Below are positions 35,258 through 48,988 of a DNA stretch of 64,000 nt, piece by piece. The position numbers and the translations under genes are program-made. The stretch comes from Octopus sinensis (taxonomy: Eukaryota). A model generated the notes under the pieces. The model saw nothing but the letters and a program-made list of their open reading frames with translations. It did not search any database and was not told the origin of the DNA. Positions within the stretch are counted from its first letter, which is position 1. Every line of letters starts with the position of its first letter. The stretch lies in contig NC_042999.1 in the NCBI RefSeq assembly GCF_006345805.1, positions 45,446,001 through 45,510,000 of the forward strand, read 5' to 3'.

Positions 35258-38228
35258 ATGATGAATGCTTCATCTTGACAGATGATACCCTCCCATCAAC
35301 ACACACACAACATCCCATAATACAGTACAATCACTCTGTTGATGAGCCCTTAGATGACTGACAGGGTTTAAAACACAAGTGACAGATATTATTCGAGTTT
35401 CTTCTATATCTTTGCCCTTTGGAATCTGATTCTGAAGGAATGTTTTTGTGAACTAGCATATGTCTTTAAAGTCCAGATATTGTCTTACAAGTTTTTTGAC
35501 ATATGGCACAAGTCGTAAGGGGCAGTTGGTGTCCAAGATCATTACCTACCTGAGCATTTCAATTTTCATGTGGCTTCATATGATTCATGTATCCTGCTTT
35601 TGACAACAGAACACGGTCACATCACTGTTGATTACAGTTCAAATTGTTCCTTTACAACAGGTCCTTCTAAGTTCAGAGTGCTGAATCACCTTTTCCTCCC
35701 AGGCATTGCAACGAGTCCTAACAACACCTCTCTGCTTGTTCCGATCTAGAACAACATTTTCTCAGTCACTTTTGTTCATATCTAGTTTCTTCAGGTTTTC
35801 CTTCACAGTCATTATACCTTTTCCTTGGCTTATGTTGTGGTCACTTACCAGAGTTGAGCTCACCATAAAAAGACGCTTTGGCAAACACCCGTCTTTCATT
35901 CTAATAACATGTCTAGTCCATCTCATTTGAGTCAAGATAACACGTTGTTCAATTGAGTTGAAACAAGCCATGTACAAAACCTCTATATCTGGTATGAAAC
36001 ATTCACACTTGACTCCTAAGAGAAGTCTGAAGCACTTTTGCTGAAACTTCGCCAGCATTTTTATAAGACACTTGTAAGCGGTCCATGTCTCCCTTGAATA
36101 AAGAAGTGCAGACAATACACATACTTTATAGACACTGATTTTTGTCTGTAGGGAAATAACTCTGTCTGCTCATACTCACTTTTTGAGCTTTCCAAATGCA
36201 ACACTTCCCTTCCCTATTCAATAGTATATCTCTGCATCAAGACTACTATCTCTTGACAGTGTGCTTCCTAGGTAAACAAAGGTATCAACGACTTCTAACC
36301 TTGTTCTATTCACAAAAATGTTTGGTTCAGAACATGTTTGTCCTGGCACAGGAGTAGACATTACTTTGGTTTTCCCCAGACGAATTGTGAGTCTGAAATG
36401 TATATATGCAGTGGAAAATCTGTCCATTAAATGTTACATATTCCTCTCTGAGTGTGCCAGAAAATAAGCATCATCATCATAAAGTAATTCTCTAACAAGC
36501 ATTTTGAAAGTGTTTGCTTTACAGTTAAACTGGGTCTAATTAAAAATACAACCAGATGTCTAAAATCTGATTCTGATCTTTCTGTTGCAATCCTTGACAG
36601 CATAGCAAAGCAATGCAGCAAAATAAATAGAAAAAAGTGTAGGCAGGAATATCTCCCTGTTTGACACCCATTGTCTACCAAAAATTTATGAGATAGCTCA
36701 CCATTAAAGACTACCTGAGCTTTTATGTTTCTGTGTAGTTTCTTAAAGATGCTCACAAAATGTGTTGGGCAACCAAGTTTACAGAAAACAATCCACAGTG
36801 CCTCCCTGTTTACCATGTCAAATGCCTTAGTTAAATCTATGAAGACCTGGTATAGTGGCATTTGTTCCTTTATGCATTTCTCTTGAACCTGTCTCAAAGA
36901 AAATATCCTGTCTAATGTTCCTTGCTCAGGTCTGAAACTACACTATTCTTCAGGAATCACATGTGGACACACATTCTCAACAAGACAATCTAACATGATC
37001 CTTCCCAGTATATACCAGGAGGGTTATCCCTCTAGAATTACCACATACTACTTTTGGGCCCTTACCTTTGTATACAGAGATTAGAATTCCATTTATCCAT
37101 TCTTGTGGCAGAGAAGATTCATTCTGAACTCGAGTTATCAGGTTATGAATTTCAGATGAAATATGAACCCCACCTGCTTTCAGAATTTCAACTTTACTGG
37201 ATCTCAGTTGACATAATGCCAGATTTACTTTTTCAGTGGAAGGTGTATCATTTATGTGTTGCACTATGTCTCTTTGCAGAACGTTGTTTATGATATCCAT
37301 GTTCACTACAGACGGATTGTGGAAAAGATCTGCAAAGTGTTCTCTCCATTTATTCATTATTCCAGGAGGATCTTTAATAACCTCATTTCCATCTTTTGAC
37401 TTGAACATATGATGATGAAGACTGCAGTCCAAAAGCTTGCTGCAGTAGACTATAGAGACTTGTCATAGGCTGCCTGTACTTCCTCAGACAAATTTCTCCA
37501 CTAAGTGTCTTTAAGCCTCCTGAGTTCTTTTTGCAAGTCTGCTTTCTGAAACTTGTACAAATTTTCCAGTTGCACTTTGTTCTTAACATTTGGGTTAAGA
37601 AGCTTTTCATGAGTGAACCTCTTTGTTGCTAAAAGCTCATTTATCACTGTATCATTGGAATCAAACTAGTCTCAGTGTTGTCTCCTCTTAAAACCTAACA
37701 CCTTTGATCCCATTTTATATAATCCATCCTGGAAAGATTGGTGTGATCTTTCAAAATGAACATTGCTGCATCTCTTCTAAAACAACTGCAAAACATGTGG
37801 TTGTTTCAGCTGCTCTACATCAATTTTCTTTGGTATTTATACACCTGCACTAATCATCTTTTTATGGACCATGAACTTGAACTTAGCCCTAACTCTTTTG
37901 TGATCAGTATGACAATCAGCACCTCGCAATACTTTGAGACTGCACAAATCTTCTAAGTCAGTTTTCCGACTTGTAAGTCAGTTAATACAAAATCAATCAT
38001 GTGACCTTGCTTTGATCTTGGGTGAATCCAGGTAACTTTATGTTTCATCTTATGATGAAAGAAAGTATTCCCAACAATCAACCCTAGCTCAGAGCACATT
38101 TGTAGCAGATGCAACCCTTTGTTTTTCACTTTTCCTATTCTGTGATGCCCAAGTATATTCCAAGCACCGTAGTCTCTACGAACATGTGTGTTAAAGCCGC
38201 CAAGCACAACCAGCTTCTCATTCATTAC
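35258..38228 (-). mobile_element. RTE-BovB-like LINE relic (APE endonuclease plus RT), fragmented
   Basis: EN: LGGFNTHV...GNTFFHH..KVTWIHPRSKQGHMIDFV; RT: FIDLTKAFDMVNREALW and FVYLGSTLS; C-terminal LLYSRETW...RWTRHVIRM; tail gatgaagcattcatcat. Confidence 0.9.
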
Positions 38229-38329
38229 ATAATATATTTATTCCTGCTTATATAATATATTTATATAAATGTAAAAGACAATACTGAAGTGACAATGTTT
38301 AATGACTATGGTATTAGCTTCACTCTTTA

Positions 38330-38567
38330 CTGTGGAGGCGCGTGGCTTAGTGGTTAGGGTATCAGCATCATGATCGTAAGATTGTGGTTTTAACTCCTGG
38401 ACCTGGCAACGCTTTGTGTCCTTGAGCAAAACACTTCATTTCATGTTGCTCCAGTCCACTCAGCTGGCAAAAATGAGTAATGCTGCGATAGACGGGCATC
38501 CTGTCCAGCTGGGGAACCGGGCCCATGAGCCTGGCTAGGCTTTAAGAGGGCGCATTTATTTTATTTA
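38330..38567 (+). mobile_element. SINE family C with 11-bp TSD
   Basis: Matches the 17587 copy; TSD ttcactcttta at 38319-38329 and 38568-38578. Confidence 0.9.
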
Positions 38568-38579
38568 TTCACTCTTTAA

Positions 38580-39110
38580 TAAGAAGAGAAGGAATTTTAA
38601 TATTCTTAATGTTTCTGACATTAGCCCTTCATCAGAAGTAAGGGAAAAGCATGGGGAAGTGAGAAAAATTAATAGTCAGTGAGAGTTAAAACAAGGATGA
38701 GGGGTTTAGGAGCCTGATAAGAATTCAGTTGTTTGGCGGCAGGGTATGGTGAGGGGTTAAGAAGAAAGGACAGGTGAGTGTTTATGTGTAAGTATATGAA
38801 TGTATCAATTTCTGAAGGTAAACATATAGAAGAGTGTGATGTGTGTGTGTGTGTATGTGTTTGGTGGGATGTGTGTTTGATGGGATGTGTGTTTGGTGGG
38901 ATGTGTAGAAGTAATTTTAGAAGTATAGTCGTGTAGATTAATAGAGGTGCAACATGTTGGTGTCTGTGTGTATATTTGTGTGTGTGTGCATGCATACACA
39001 TGTGTATGTGTATGTGTGAGTGTGAGTGTGTATGCAAGCATTAAGTATAAGTGAGGAAAGCATGGATGTGAGGCAGTAAGCATGGCTACAGACACATGCA
39101 TATCTGTGTC
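38580..39110 (-). mobile_element. Penelope-like 3' UTR remnant with a hammerhead-like motif
   Basis: Minus strand is pyrimidine-rich and ends CTT CTGATGA AGGGCTAATGTCA GAAAC ATT AAG (38608-38638). Confidence 0.45.
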
Positions 39111-39297
39111 ACTGAAAACTAACTTTCCAAACACACAGCGTCTTCTGCTGTAGCTCCAGGCAGTCTAAAACCTTGTGAATAGATATGGTTGACAGAAACT
39201 GAAAGAAGCCAGCCACCATACATACATAAACATACATACATACATGCATAAATCCATATACACACACATGCAAACATATCTATCTATATATATATCT

Positions 39298-40110
39298 TTA
39301 TCTTTTGTTTGTTTTAGTCATTAGACTTGGCCATGCTTGGGCACTACCTTGAATAGTTTTAGTCAGTGGTGTAGATAGGGTAAACTGTGCCTGGGGCAAG
39401 CTGAAAAAATGCGACCCCACCCACCATCATTACAAAATCCACGGTATTATATAGTACTTATTTGTTACACGTAATTAATGTTTAAAAGCAATATTTTAGG
39501 AATAAATACTTTACCCGGTTTCATTATTGGTTTGGTACAACCTGTAATTCAAAGTATATATTTTTTTAATGTTTACTTTTAGGAAACCTCCCTATTTTAA
39601 CCATTTAATGAACCATCTTCCCTGATTGAAATATTAAAAAACTTAATGTGTGAAATGAAATGTAATAAAAAGCAAAAATACAATTGTTTAAAGTCTCATC
39701 TTTCTTGCTTTTGATGAGCCCCCCCCCCACTTTCAATCGGTGCCTGGGTCATGTGTGATCCTCACCCCTCCCCACCTGTTACACTACTGGTTTTAATTGA
39801 ACAGATCGACCCCTGTAATTATTTTCTAAGACTGGTACTTATTCTACCAGTCACTTTTTGCTGAACTGCTAAGTTACGGGAATGTAACCAAACCAACACT
39901 GGTTGTCAAGAAGCAGTAAGAGACAAGCACAAACAAAAAGACATGCATGCCCTCCCACCATACGATGGACTTCTTTCTAAATCTACTCTCAAAGCTTTGG
40001 TTGGCCTGGGACTATAGTAGAAAACACTTGCCCAAGATGCCACACAGTGGAACTGAACCCAGAACAGTGTGGTTGAGAAGCAAGCATCTTATGACACAGC
40101 TGTGCCTGAG
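39298..40110 (-). mobile_element. Older SINE-A variant interrupted by a hAT MITE
   Basis: Tail at 39298-39363; resumes tgaacagatcgacccc at about 39798 and runs to the head. Confidence 0.75.
39364..39789. mobile_element. hAT-Tip100-like MITE with 8-bp TSD
   Basis: TIRs cagtggtgtag / rc cagtagtgtaa; TSD gttttagt / gttttaat. Confidence 0.8.
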
Positions 40111-40691
40111 GTTTGTTGACAGGAAGGGCATCCAACTATACGAAATCTGCCTCATGCAAGCATGGAAAAAGCAGATGTTAAAATAATTATGATGATGAGG
40201 ATGATGATAATTCTCTCTCTCTCTCTCTCTATCCCTTTGTATATAGAGATTTCCGGACAAAGAACATGAGTTAGAATAAGAACAGTAATGAATGAGTGAA
40301 GAATGAATACATAATGCATGTTTTTATTTGGAAAAAAACAAGAAAAGAAAAGAAAAACGACCATCCCGAAATGCAACGCCTGTTTCAACATATAGTTTCG
40401 ATTTCACATTAGGACCTTACAACACAACTTCATAAATTCTGGGTTGGCCAGAACTCACCTGAAAGTAAATCAAAACCATATATTTAGATTCATATATGTT
40501 TAACAACTGAATGAATTTATTTATCTTTAACTTCTGAGAGAATTTGATAAAAGCATCTAAATATGAAACATCATGAAAATTCTTCAAACTGAAGTCCTTC
40601 TTGAGCGACACATTTCCCCATTTGAGTCAATACAGAATTACAGATAGTATTTATGGAATTTTGATTTACTGTTGGGTGGCTTCTGGCCAAC

Positions 40692-40731
<40 letters not shown>

Positions 40732-40732
40732 A

Positions 40733-40782
<50 letters not shown>

Positions 40783-40931
40783 TAAGGGTGCTGCAAAATT
40801 CTTGGCTTTAAGGATATCACAAAAGGCCTGGTTGGAGGCCCAACCATCTGATTTCTTTTACAGGGCTTAGTAAAACTGAGGGATCACTGCAATAAGTGTG
40901 TAAATCTGAAAGGGGATATATATATATATAT

Positions 40932-41239
40932 TATTTATTTATTTATGCACCCTTTTCAAGCCTAGCCAGGCTCATGGGCCTGGTTTCTATGGCGTATGTG
41001 TTCCCCCCCAGCTGGAGGGGATGCCAGTCCATCGCAGTGTTCTCAAGAAACAGGAAGAAAAAGTGAGAGAAAGTTGGGGTGAAAGAGTACAACAGAGGTC
41101 GCCACTACCCCCTGCCGGAGCCTCATGGAGCTTTTAGGTGTTTTCACTCAATAAACATACACAACGCCCAGTCTGGGAATCGAAACCACAATCCTCCGAC
41201 CGCGAGTCCACTGCCCTAACCAGTGGGCCATTGTGCCTC

Positions 41240-41240
<1 letters not shown>
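40932..41240 (-). mobile_element. SINE family C variant with a different body
   Basis: Tail shared with the 17587 and 38330 copies (gcccatgagcctggctaggct); body differs. Confidence 0.8.
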
Positions 41241-41273
<33 letters not shown>

Positions 41274-41295
41274 CATACATATATATACAAATATA

Positions 41296-42521
41296 TATCT
41301 TACTATAATGGGTATTATGTCCATCTGTCTGTTCCCTCTTCACAGTCAAACAGCTGGACCAATGGTCACAATGTTTTATGGGATTACAAAGGAGCTAATC
41401 AGGAAGGCTTTTAGTGAAAAAAAAAAGGTGCAAAAGTGTGATTGTTTAGTGGATATTGAATTTTGTATTAATAAATGACCTTTGATTTTTTTTGATAAAA
41501 TTCTGGCGATGAGGATTAACTCTGGATTTCCCAACCCCACTCCTCCACTATATATTTCGTGAATTTAGAAGGTTTAGATTTGCAATGCTACCCTTTATTT
41601 CCCATTGCAGATGGGCAGATTTGTTATCTTACTATAATGGGCATTATGTCCGTCCGTCTGTCTGTTTGCCTGTTCCCTCTTCATGGCCAGATGGCTGGAC
41701 GAATGGTTATGATATTTTTGGGGATCACAAGGATGGTTGTCAGGAAGGTTGTTAGCATTAAAAAAATCAGAAAGTATGATTATTTCATGGATATCAATTT
41801 TTGAATTGATAAACCACCTTTGTATTTTTATTAAAAATTCACCGACCACGAGTAATTCTGGATTTTCATTGTCCAGTTTGTGGCACCATCATAGATACAA
41901 AGGGGGTTGTAAGGATGGATAATAGAGCAAATAAAATGGAAAAAGTGTGTGTCAGTATATAAAGTGTGTGATTATTTAGGGGTTATTGAAGTATGTCAGT
42001 CTTGAGCAGGATTCGAAAGGGCTAATCAAAGCAGCTGTTGTTTATATCTTAGTTTTGTCAATCAAAATAGCCCATGGTACCAGAACGTTCAGACATTATT
42101 TGCATAGAACAGTGAGAGGTTAGGTCTTAGTTTGATTTTTTGCTATCCTAAAGATTCTGCATGCACATTCACAGCAAACAAGGCACAGGGTGAGACTTTA
42201 GATCATGTAGGTGTATTTTTACCCAATCTGATGTTTACACATGGCCAGTTATACGTTGCTATGAGTAGAGCAACGGACACCAGCAATTTGAAAATTAGTG
42301 TCGACCAGACAAAAAATATCATTTACAAAAAAGTTTTGTAATCATATTATCGGTAAGAATATGAATCATAATCTAAGTAAGGAAATTTGTAAACTTTGAA
42401 TGTAAAAGAGTATAAACAAGTGTAAAAATAGTGTAAACGACTAAAATAAAAGTATATCTAAATAACATTTTTTCTTAATACTTTTTATGTAGTGGTCGAA
42501 GGAAGCTCTGGCTTTTGTTAG
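41296..42521 (+). mobile_element. Helitron derivative: duplicated 5' end plus PIF1 helicase C-terminus
   Basis: tcttactataatggg(t/c)attatgtcc at about 41298 and 41627; FTANKAQGETLDHVGVFLPNLMFTHGQLYVAMSR...NIIYKKVL* at 42132-42341. Confidence 0.7.
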
Positions 42522-43074
42522 GAGTGGTCCTCATAACCATTCGTGATACAGAGGCTGGGAGCCTATTTCAGTTCAGGTGTGAATCGTCATCACGTGTCAC
42601 TTAGTCCCAAACACATGTCATATGGCTGCAACAGAATGCTGTATCATCATCAATAATGTGATTTCTCTAAGACATCACCCAGTAATCTATCAAGTCCACT
42701 TACACATTTCTCAATACATACTGCTGTTGTGACTTCCCTCCCTCATTTTATGCCTCTATTGAAGATGGGTAGATTTTCTAGTATATATAAATATTTGTAT
42801 CTATATGTATATATCTATGTGTGTCATCATATATGTGCTTGCCCCCCTTCCCCATCACAGCTTGACAACTGGTGCTGGTTTGTTTATGTTCCCATAACTT
42901 ATTGGTTCGGCAAAAGGGACTGTAAGTACTAGACTTAAGAAATATGTCTGAGGTGGTGGGGTTGATTTGTCTGGCTGAAACCCTTAAAGGCAGTGCTTCA
43001 GCATGGCCGCAGTCATATGATTGAAACGAATATGATTGGAAGTATATGATTTAAAGTAAAAGAATAAAAGAATA

Positions 43075-43124
<50 letters not shown>

Positions 43125-43131
43125 TACACAT

Positions 43132-43250
43132 AGGCATAGGAGTAGCTGTGTGGTAAGTAGCTTGCTTACAACCACATGGTTCAGTGGGACTGAACCCGGA
43201 ACCATGTGGTTAGTAAGCAAGCTACTTACCACACAGCCACTCCTACGCCT
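43132..43250. repeat. Palindrome of two inverted SINE-A heads
   Basis: Arms of about 51 bp with a 16-nt loop; two substitutions and one indel. Confidence 0.92.
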
Positions 43251-43611
43251 ATACACACTCACACACACACACATATATATATGGTGGACTCTCACGAACA
43301 ACCACACAGGTGATTTGTTTATAGTGATCAAATATTTGTATAGACATAAGCTCACTCCCTCCATCAAATCGATATTACCTGTACAGGTGCAATGGGTGCC
43401 ACGTGTCAGATGACAAAAGGATTGCCTTGCAATGTGAAATGAAGTGCTTTGCTCAAGGACACAACTGAAACGCCCAGTCTGGGAACTGAAACCATGATCT
43501 TGCATAAAGTCCTGGCCAATGCTATGCAATGTGGGATTGAGTTGCGGACATAAAGATGATGATAATAATGAAAACAATGCTGTTGATGATGATGATGATG
43601 ATAATATATAT

Positions 43612-43755
43612 ATTTCTTTATTGCCCGCAAGGGGCTAAACATAGAGGGGACAAACAAGGACAGATAAAGGGATTAAGTCAATTACATCAACCCCAGTGCG
43701 AAACTGGTATTTATTTAATCGACCCCCAAAAGGATGAAAGGCAAAGTCGACCTCT
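43612..43755 (-). mobile_element. SINE family B 3' half (gtccttgtttgtcccc tail type)
   Basis: Matches 48989-49140. Confidence 0.85.
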
Positions 43756-43764
43756 ATGATGATA

Positions 43765-43797
<33 letters not shown>

Positions 43798-43844
43798 TGT
43801 ATATATCTATATGTGTATCTATACTCTGTGTCTATACTCGGTTG

Positions 43845-43992
43845 GCTTTAGGAATGGCATCCAGCTGTAAAAACCATGTCAAAAGAGACACAGGATCATG
43901 GTGCAGGGCCAACTCCTGTCAAACCATCCAACCCATGCCAGCATGGAAGGAGAACATTAAATGAAGATGATGATGATGATGATGATGATGAT
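43845..43992 (+). mobile_element. Short RTE 3' end
   Basis: ttaggaatggcatccagctgtaaaaacc...gccagcatggaaggagaacattaaatgaa(gat)n. Confidence 0.75.
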
Positions 43993-44026
43993 ATATATAG
44001 ATGCATGGTTAGATGGATATATATAT

Positions 44027-44419
44027 AGGCGCAGGAGTGGCTGTGTGGTAACCACATGGTTCAGGGTTCAGTCCCACTGCGTGGCATCTTGGGCAAGTGT
44101 CTTCTGCTATAGCCCCGGGCTGACCAATGCCTTGTGAGCGGATTTGTTAGACGGAAACTGAAAGAAGCCTGTCGTATATATGAATATATATATATATGTA
44201 TGTGTGTGTTTGTGTGTCTGTGTTTGTCCTCCTAGCATTGCTTGACAACCGATGCTGGTGTGTTTACGTCCCGTTCACTTAGCGTTTCGGCAAAACAGAC
44301 AGATAGAATAAGTACTAGGCTTACAAAGAATAAGTCCCGGGGTGGATTTGCTCGACTAAAGGCGGTGCTCCAGCATGGCCGCAGTCAAAATGACTGTAAC
44401 AAGTAAAAGGGAGTAAAAG
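44027..44419 (+). mobile_element. SINE family A, full length with TSD
   Basis: Flanked by ggatatatatat on both sides; many CpGs intact. Confidence 0.92.
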
Positions 44420-44464
44420 GGATATATATATATATATATATACCTGTGTCTATATATTTATGTG

Positions 44465-44497
<33 letters not shown>

Positions 44498-44730
44498 ATA
44501 TCATCAACAACAGCAACATCACCATCATCATTATCATCGATTTTTTTATGTCCGCAGTTCCATGCCATGATGGTATGTATTGGCCAGGACTTTGAGGTAG
44601 TGTTTTACGGTTGAATGTCCTTTCTGAAGCCACTCTTTCAGCTGCTTCTTTATGACAAGCAGATATAGTGTTCCTATTCTAAAAAGCAGGATACACACAA
44701 TTATATATATATATATATATACATATATAA

Positions 44731-44762
<32 letters not shown>

Positions 44763-45042
44763 GAATACAAACTCCATCCAATTATATATAGGTGTACGGT
44801 CCTGTGCATATGAATTGTTTGGAAATGCAATATAATAGATGCTGCTGCAATGAAAGCAGCTTCAAATGCAATCAGGTTAAAACAGGACATGCACGAATGT
44901 ACATGCATTGCTTACACAGATACATAACATCACGTCTGTACATTAGCTTGCATCCAGAAGTAACAGAGTTTTACTGAGAAACCTATGCGCAGCACACATA
45001 TATATATATATATATATATAATAATATATAGATGTATGTGTG

Positions 45043-45074
<32 letters not shown>

Positions 45075-46161
45075 GATGTATGTGTGTATGTATATATATA
45101 TTTATATATGTATGTGTATATATATATATGCATGTGTGTGCATACACATGTATACATATATGTGCATATATATATAAAGAAGATATCTTGGAATGTAGAA
45201 CTGATACATGTGAAAATAGAATTACATTCACACAAGCTTATGTATGTATATATACACATACACATACAGACACACACACATACTCACACGCACACGCTCA
45301 GACATACAGACAGACACACCTAAGTCCCCTATTGTTCTGGTAAGTAAACGACACAAACACATTTTGGTATACTTGTATATATAGACACATGTGCACATGT
45401 ACATGTATTTGTGCATGTGTCTGTGTGTACATGTATGTATATGTATACACACACATATACATCTATATACATACATATATATATATATGCATATGTACAG
45501 ACATATATCTACAGACATATGTATATATATATGTATGTATGTATATACATATATACATGCATATGTATGAATGTATTTATATATATATATATTTATATAT
45601 CTATATTTGTATACATACATATATATAAATGCATATATGTACATAGATATATATTTACACATACACACACAGATATATATACACATATATATATACTTAT
45701 GTTGACATATATACATGTATGTATATATATATATATATATATATAATGTATATATATATATAAAATGGTGTGTTGATATGCATATATAGTCATACTCACA
45801 CATTCACACACACACACACACGCACACACACACACATACAGAAGTTTTGTTTTTTTTCTATATACACATGGACATAAACTATTTTGGAACGATTGTCAGA
45901 GTTTAGGGCATAGAAAACGGAACAGAGACGATGGGAAAGACACGGGCAAGCCTGACAGATGGCTTGATATTGATTCTTTGAAAATTGTTAAAGCAGAGCG
46001 ATAAATGCATACATTATGAGATAACTGGAGGAATATGACATTCTGTGGTGGAATCTCTTAGCAAAGTAGGAAGGAATATTGTATTAAGGTGATTTTGGGA
46101 AGGAGAGAAAAGAGAGAATGAATGTAGTAAGTGAGCTTGTGAATTACAGAGACACAAAGAA

Positions 46162-46213
<52 letters not shown>

Positions 46214-46318
46214 AGATGTAGGTGAATGGGAATCTCATTCAAACTTGTTCACAATGAAGGACTTCAAAGACAAATAAGAGAGGAAGAAAAAGGTGAACAA
46301 TAATAATAATAATAATAA

Positions 46319-46350
<32 letters not shown>

Positions 46351-46574
46351 TAATAAAGAAAAAGAGAAGAATTAAGAAATTATCATTCAATAAGAAAATA
46401 GCAAAAAAAAAAAACAAAAAGGGGGAAGAAAGGTAGCCTGAAGAAGCAAGACAGATCGTAAGAGAGAATGCAAAGGAAATGGTAAAACTGCGGAATATAT
46501 ACATATACACATGCATACGTTCATATATATATATATATACGTTTATATATATATATATCATATATATATATATA

Positions 46575-46613
<39 letters not shown>

Positions 46614-46687
46614 ATATATATATCATATATATATCATATATTATATATATATTATAATATATATACACGTATATATATATATATATA

Positions 46688-46749
<62 letters not shown>

Positions 46750-46758
46750 GTATATCTT

Positions 46759-46814
<56 letters not shown>

Positions 46815-47596
46815 ATATATATATATTGTGTAAAACTATGGCGGGTTGCTGTTGTTGCCGTGGAGGTGGTTGTGAAGGCCCAATCAACAGCGTCATGTCG
46901 TGTATATGTATGTATGTATGTACGTATTTATGTATGTATATATATATATGTGTGTGTGTTTATATATATATACACACATATGTGTGTGTGTGTGTGTATA
47001 TTTATGGATCTATACATTTATGCGCTCACACAGTGTAAGGCAGGAAACAGGTATATTGAAATTATTCAGAGGAGGAAAAAAGAAATCAGGAATAAACAGA
47101 GAAGTAATAAAAGAGAACGGTCCGTAACGTCGGAAAACTATTAGAAAGCAAGCATGGGTGAGTGTGAGATAAAAAGAGAGAGTGAGAGAGGAGAGAAGAG
47201 AGACGGAGAAAGACAGAGAGAGAGAGAGATAGAATAATCGAAGATTAACAAGTTTAATAGAAATGAATGAAATCAGAGCTGTCTTAAAGCCTTGTAGCCC
47301 TACCCACCGGCCAAAGTAATGCGCTGGAACTTAAAGAATTTACGACAATAAGCCACTGCATATACAGATTGGCTTCGGTCTCTAGATTCTGGGGCAGTCT
47401 TAAGTAGCATTAGGGCCTCCACCCCATGCAAAGCAATGCAGAGGGATGTATATTTATTTATTTATTGACAAAACCACAAGGTATTCATGTAAGCACTGAG
47501 TTCTTTAAACCGTGAGACGTACTGTGACCACGAGTCTCAAAGACGGCACTGAGTGAAAAGGAATTAGGAAAAGAAAGAGGTATTAACAACCTCTAT

Positions 47597-47945
47597 CTTT
47601 AACTCGTTTCAGTCATTGGACTGCGGCCATACCATGCTGGGGGTTTAGTCGAGCAAATCAACCTCAGTACCGATTCTATCGCTTCTTTGCTGAACGTCTA
47701 AGTTACGGGGACGTAAACAAACCAACACCGGTTGAGAAGCGGTGAGGACACACACACACAATATATATATATATTTGTGTGTGTGTGCGTATGGCAGGCT
47801 TCCACACAGTTTCCGTCTGCCAAATTCATTCATAAGGCATTGGTCATCCCGGGGCTATAGTAGAATACATTTGCTTAAGATGCTGTGCAGTGGGACTGAA
47901 CCTGAAACCAAGTGGTTACAAAGCGTGTTTGTTAATCACACAGTC
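47597..47945 (-). mobile_element. SINE family A variant with internal deletions
   Basis: ctcgtttcagtcattggactgcggcc...gactgaacctgaaaccaagtggtt. Confidence 0.8.
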
Positions 47946-48568
47946 AGGAATATAATGATAAAATGTAAATTGTGTTACTGTGTTTTTCGATAATTGTCAT
48001 TTTTACTCGTTGAACATGTAAAGACTATAGATTTTTGAACTTGGACAGTGATGGCGTTCATTTCTAGTTGAGAAAAACTTTTGTTTTGAATAACATGAAA
48101 GACGCGAGCGGTTGATGAGAGGAAAAACTGAAGAATATTAAATTGCAGCAAATGGCACAGTGGTAAAGGTAATCGGACACAAATAAAATTGCTTCCATCT
48201 TCCTTTACGTTCTAAGTTCGATTCCCACTGAGGTCAAGTTTGCTATTTATCCTTCCGCCTTGATTGAAATAAAGCATCAGTCAAATGTTATATTTCTATA
48301 ATGCGTATTTTTGAATACGAATGGAATTCTATAGATTATTTTCAATAATTATAGTTCAGCATGTTGCCTGCCCTCATATATCCTCACAGGTGCATTTGTT
48401 TCCTCATAATTTTCTTCACAATGCCTTTACTTGTTTCATTCAGAGGCTGTGGCCATACCGAAGCACTGTCATTAACTTCTCTTTTTCTGTTGCAATGAAA
48501 TTTTGTAACGATACGATTGTGATGAAACTTTTTAAAAAGACCCATTATATATATATTATATGTATATA

Positions 48569-48653
<85 letters not shown>

Positions 48654-48679
48654 TGTATGTATATATATGTATGTATATA

Positions 48680-48733
<54 letters not shown>

Positions 48734-48884
48734 ATATATATATATTTGTATGTATATATATGTATGTATATATATATATATTTGTATATATATATATATA
48801 TATTTCGATTCAGAAAGGAAAGAAGTCTATATCTCAAACAATTAGCACATTGTTCAGGACACACACACACATACACACGCAGAG

Positions 48885-48988
48885 GCGGCAAATTAGCCTA
48901 ATCGTTAGCACGCCGGGCAAAATGTTTGGTGACATTTCGTCTGGCTGTACATTGTGAGTTCAAATGCTACCGATGTCAATCTTTGTTT
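48885..48988 (+). mobile_element. SINE family B head fragment
   Basis: ggcggcaaattagcctaatcgttagcacgccgggcaaaatg...gagttcaaat. Confidence 0.75.

Noticed and set aside
35258-38228. Active RTE element or host gene
   Set aside because: Multiple frameshifts and stops, a deleted conserved motif, and 5' truncation.
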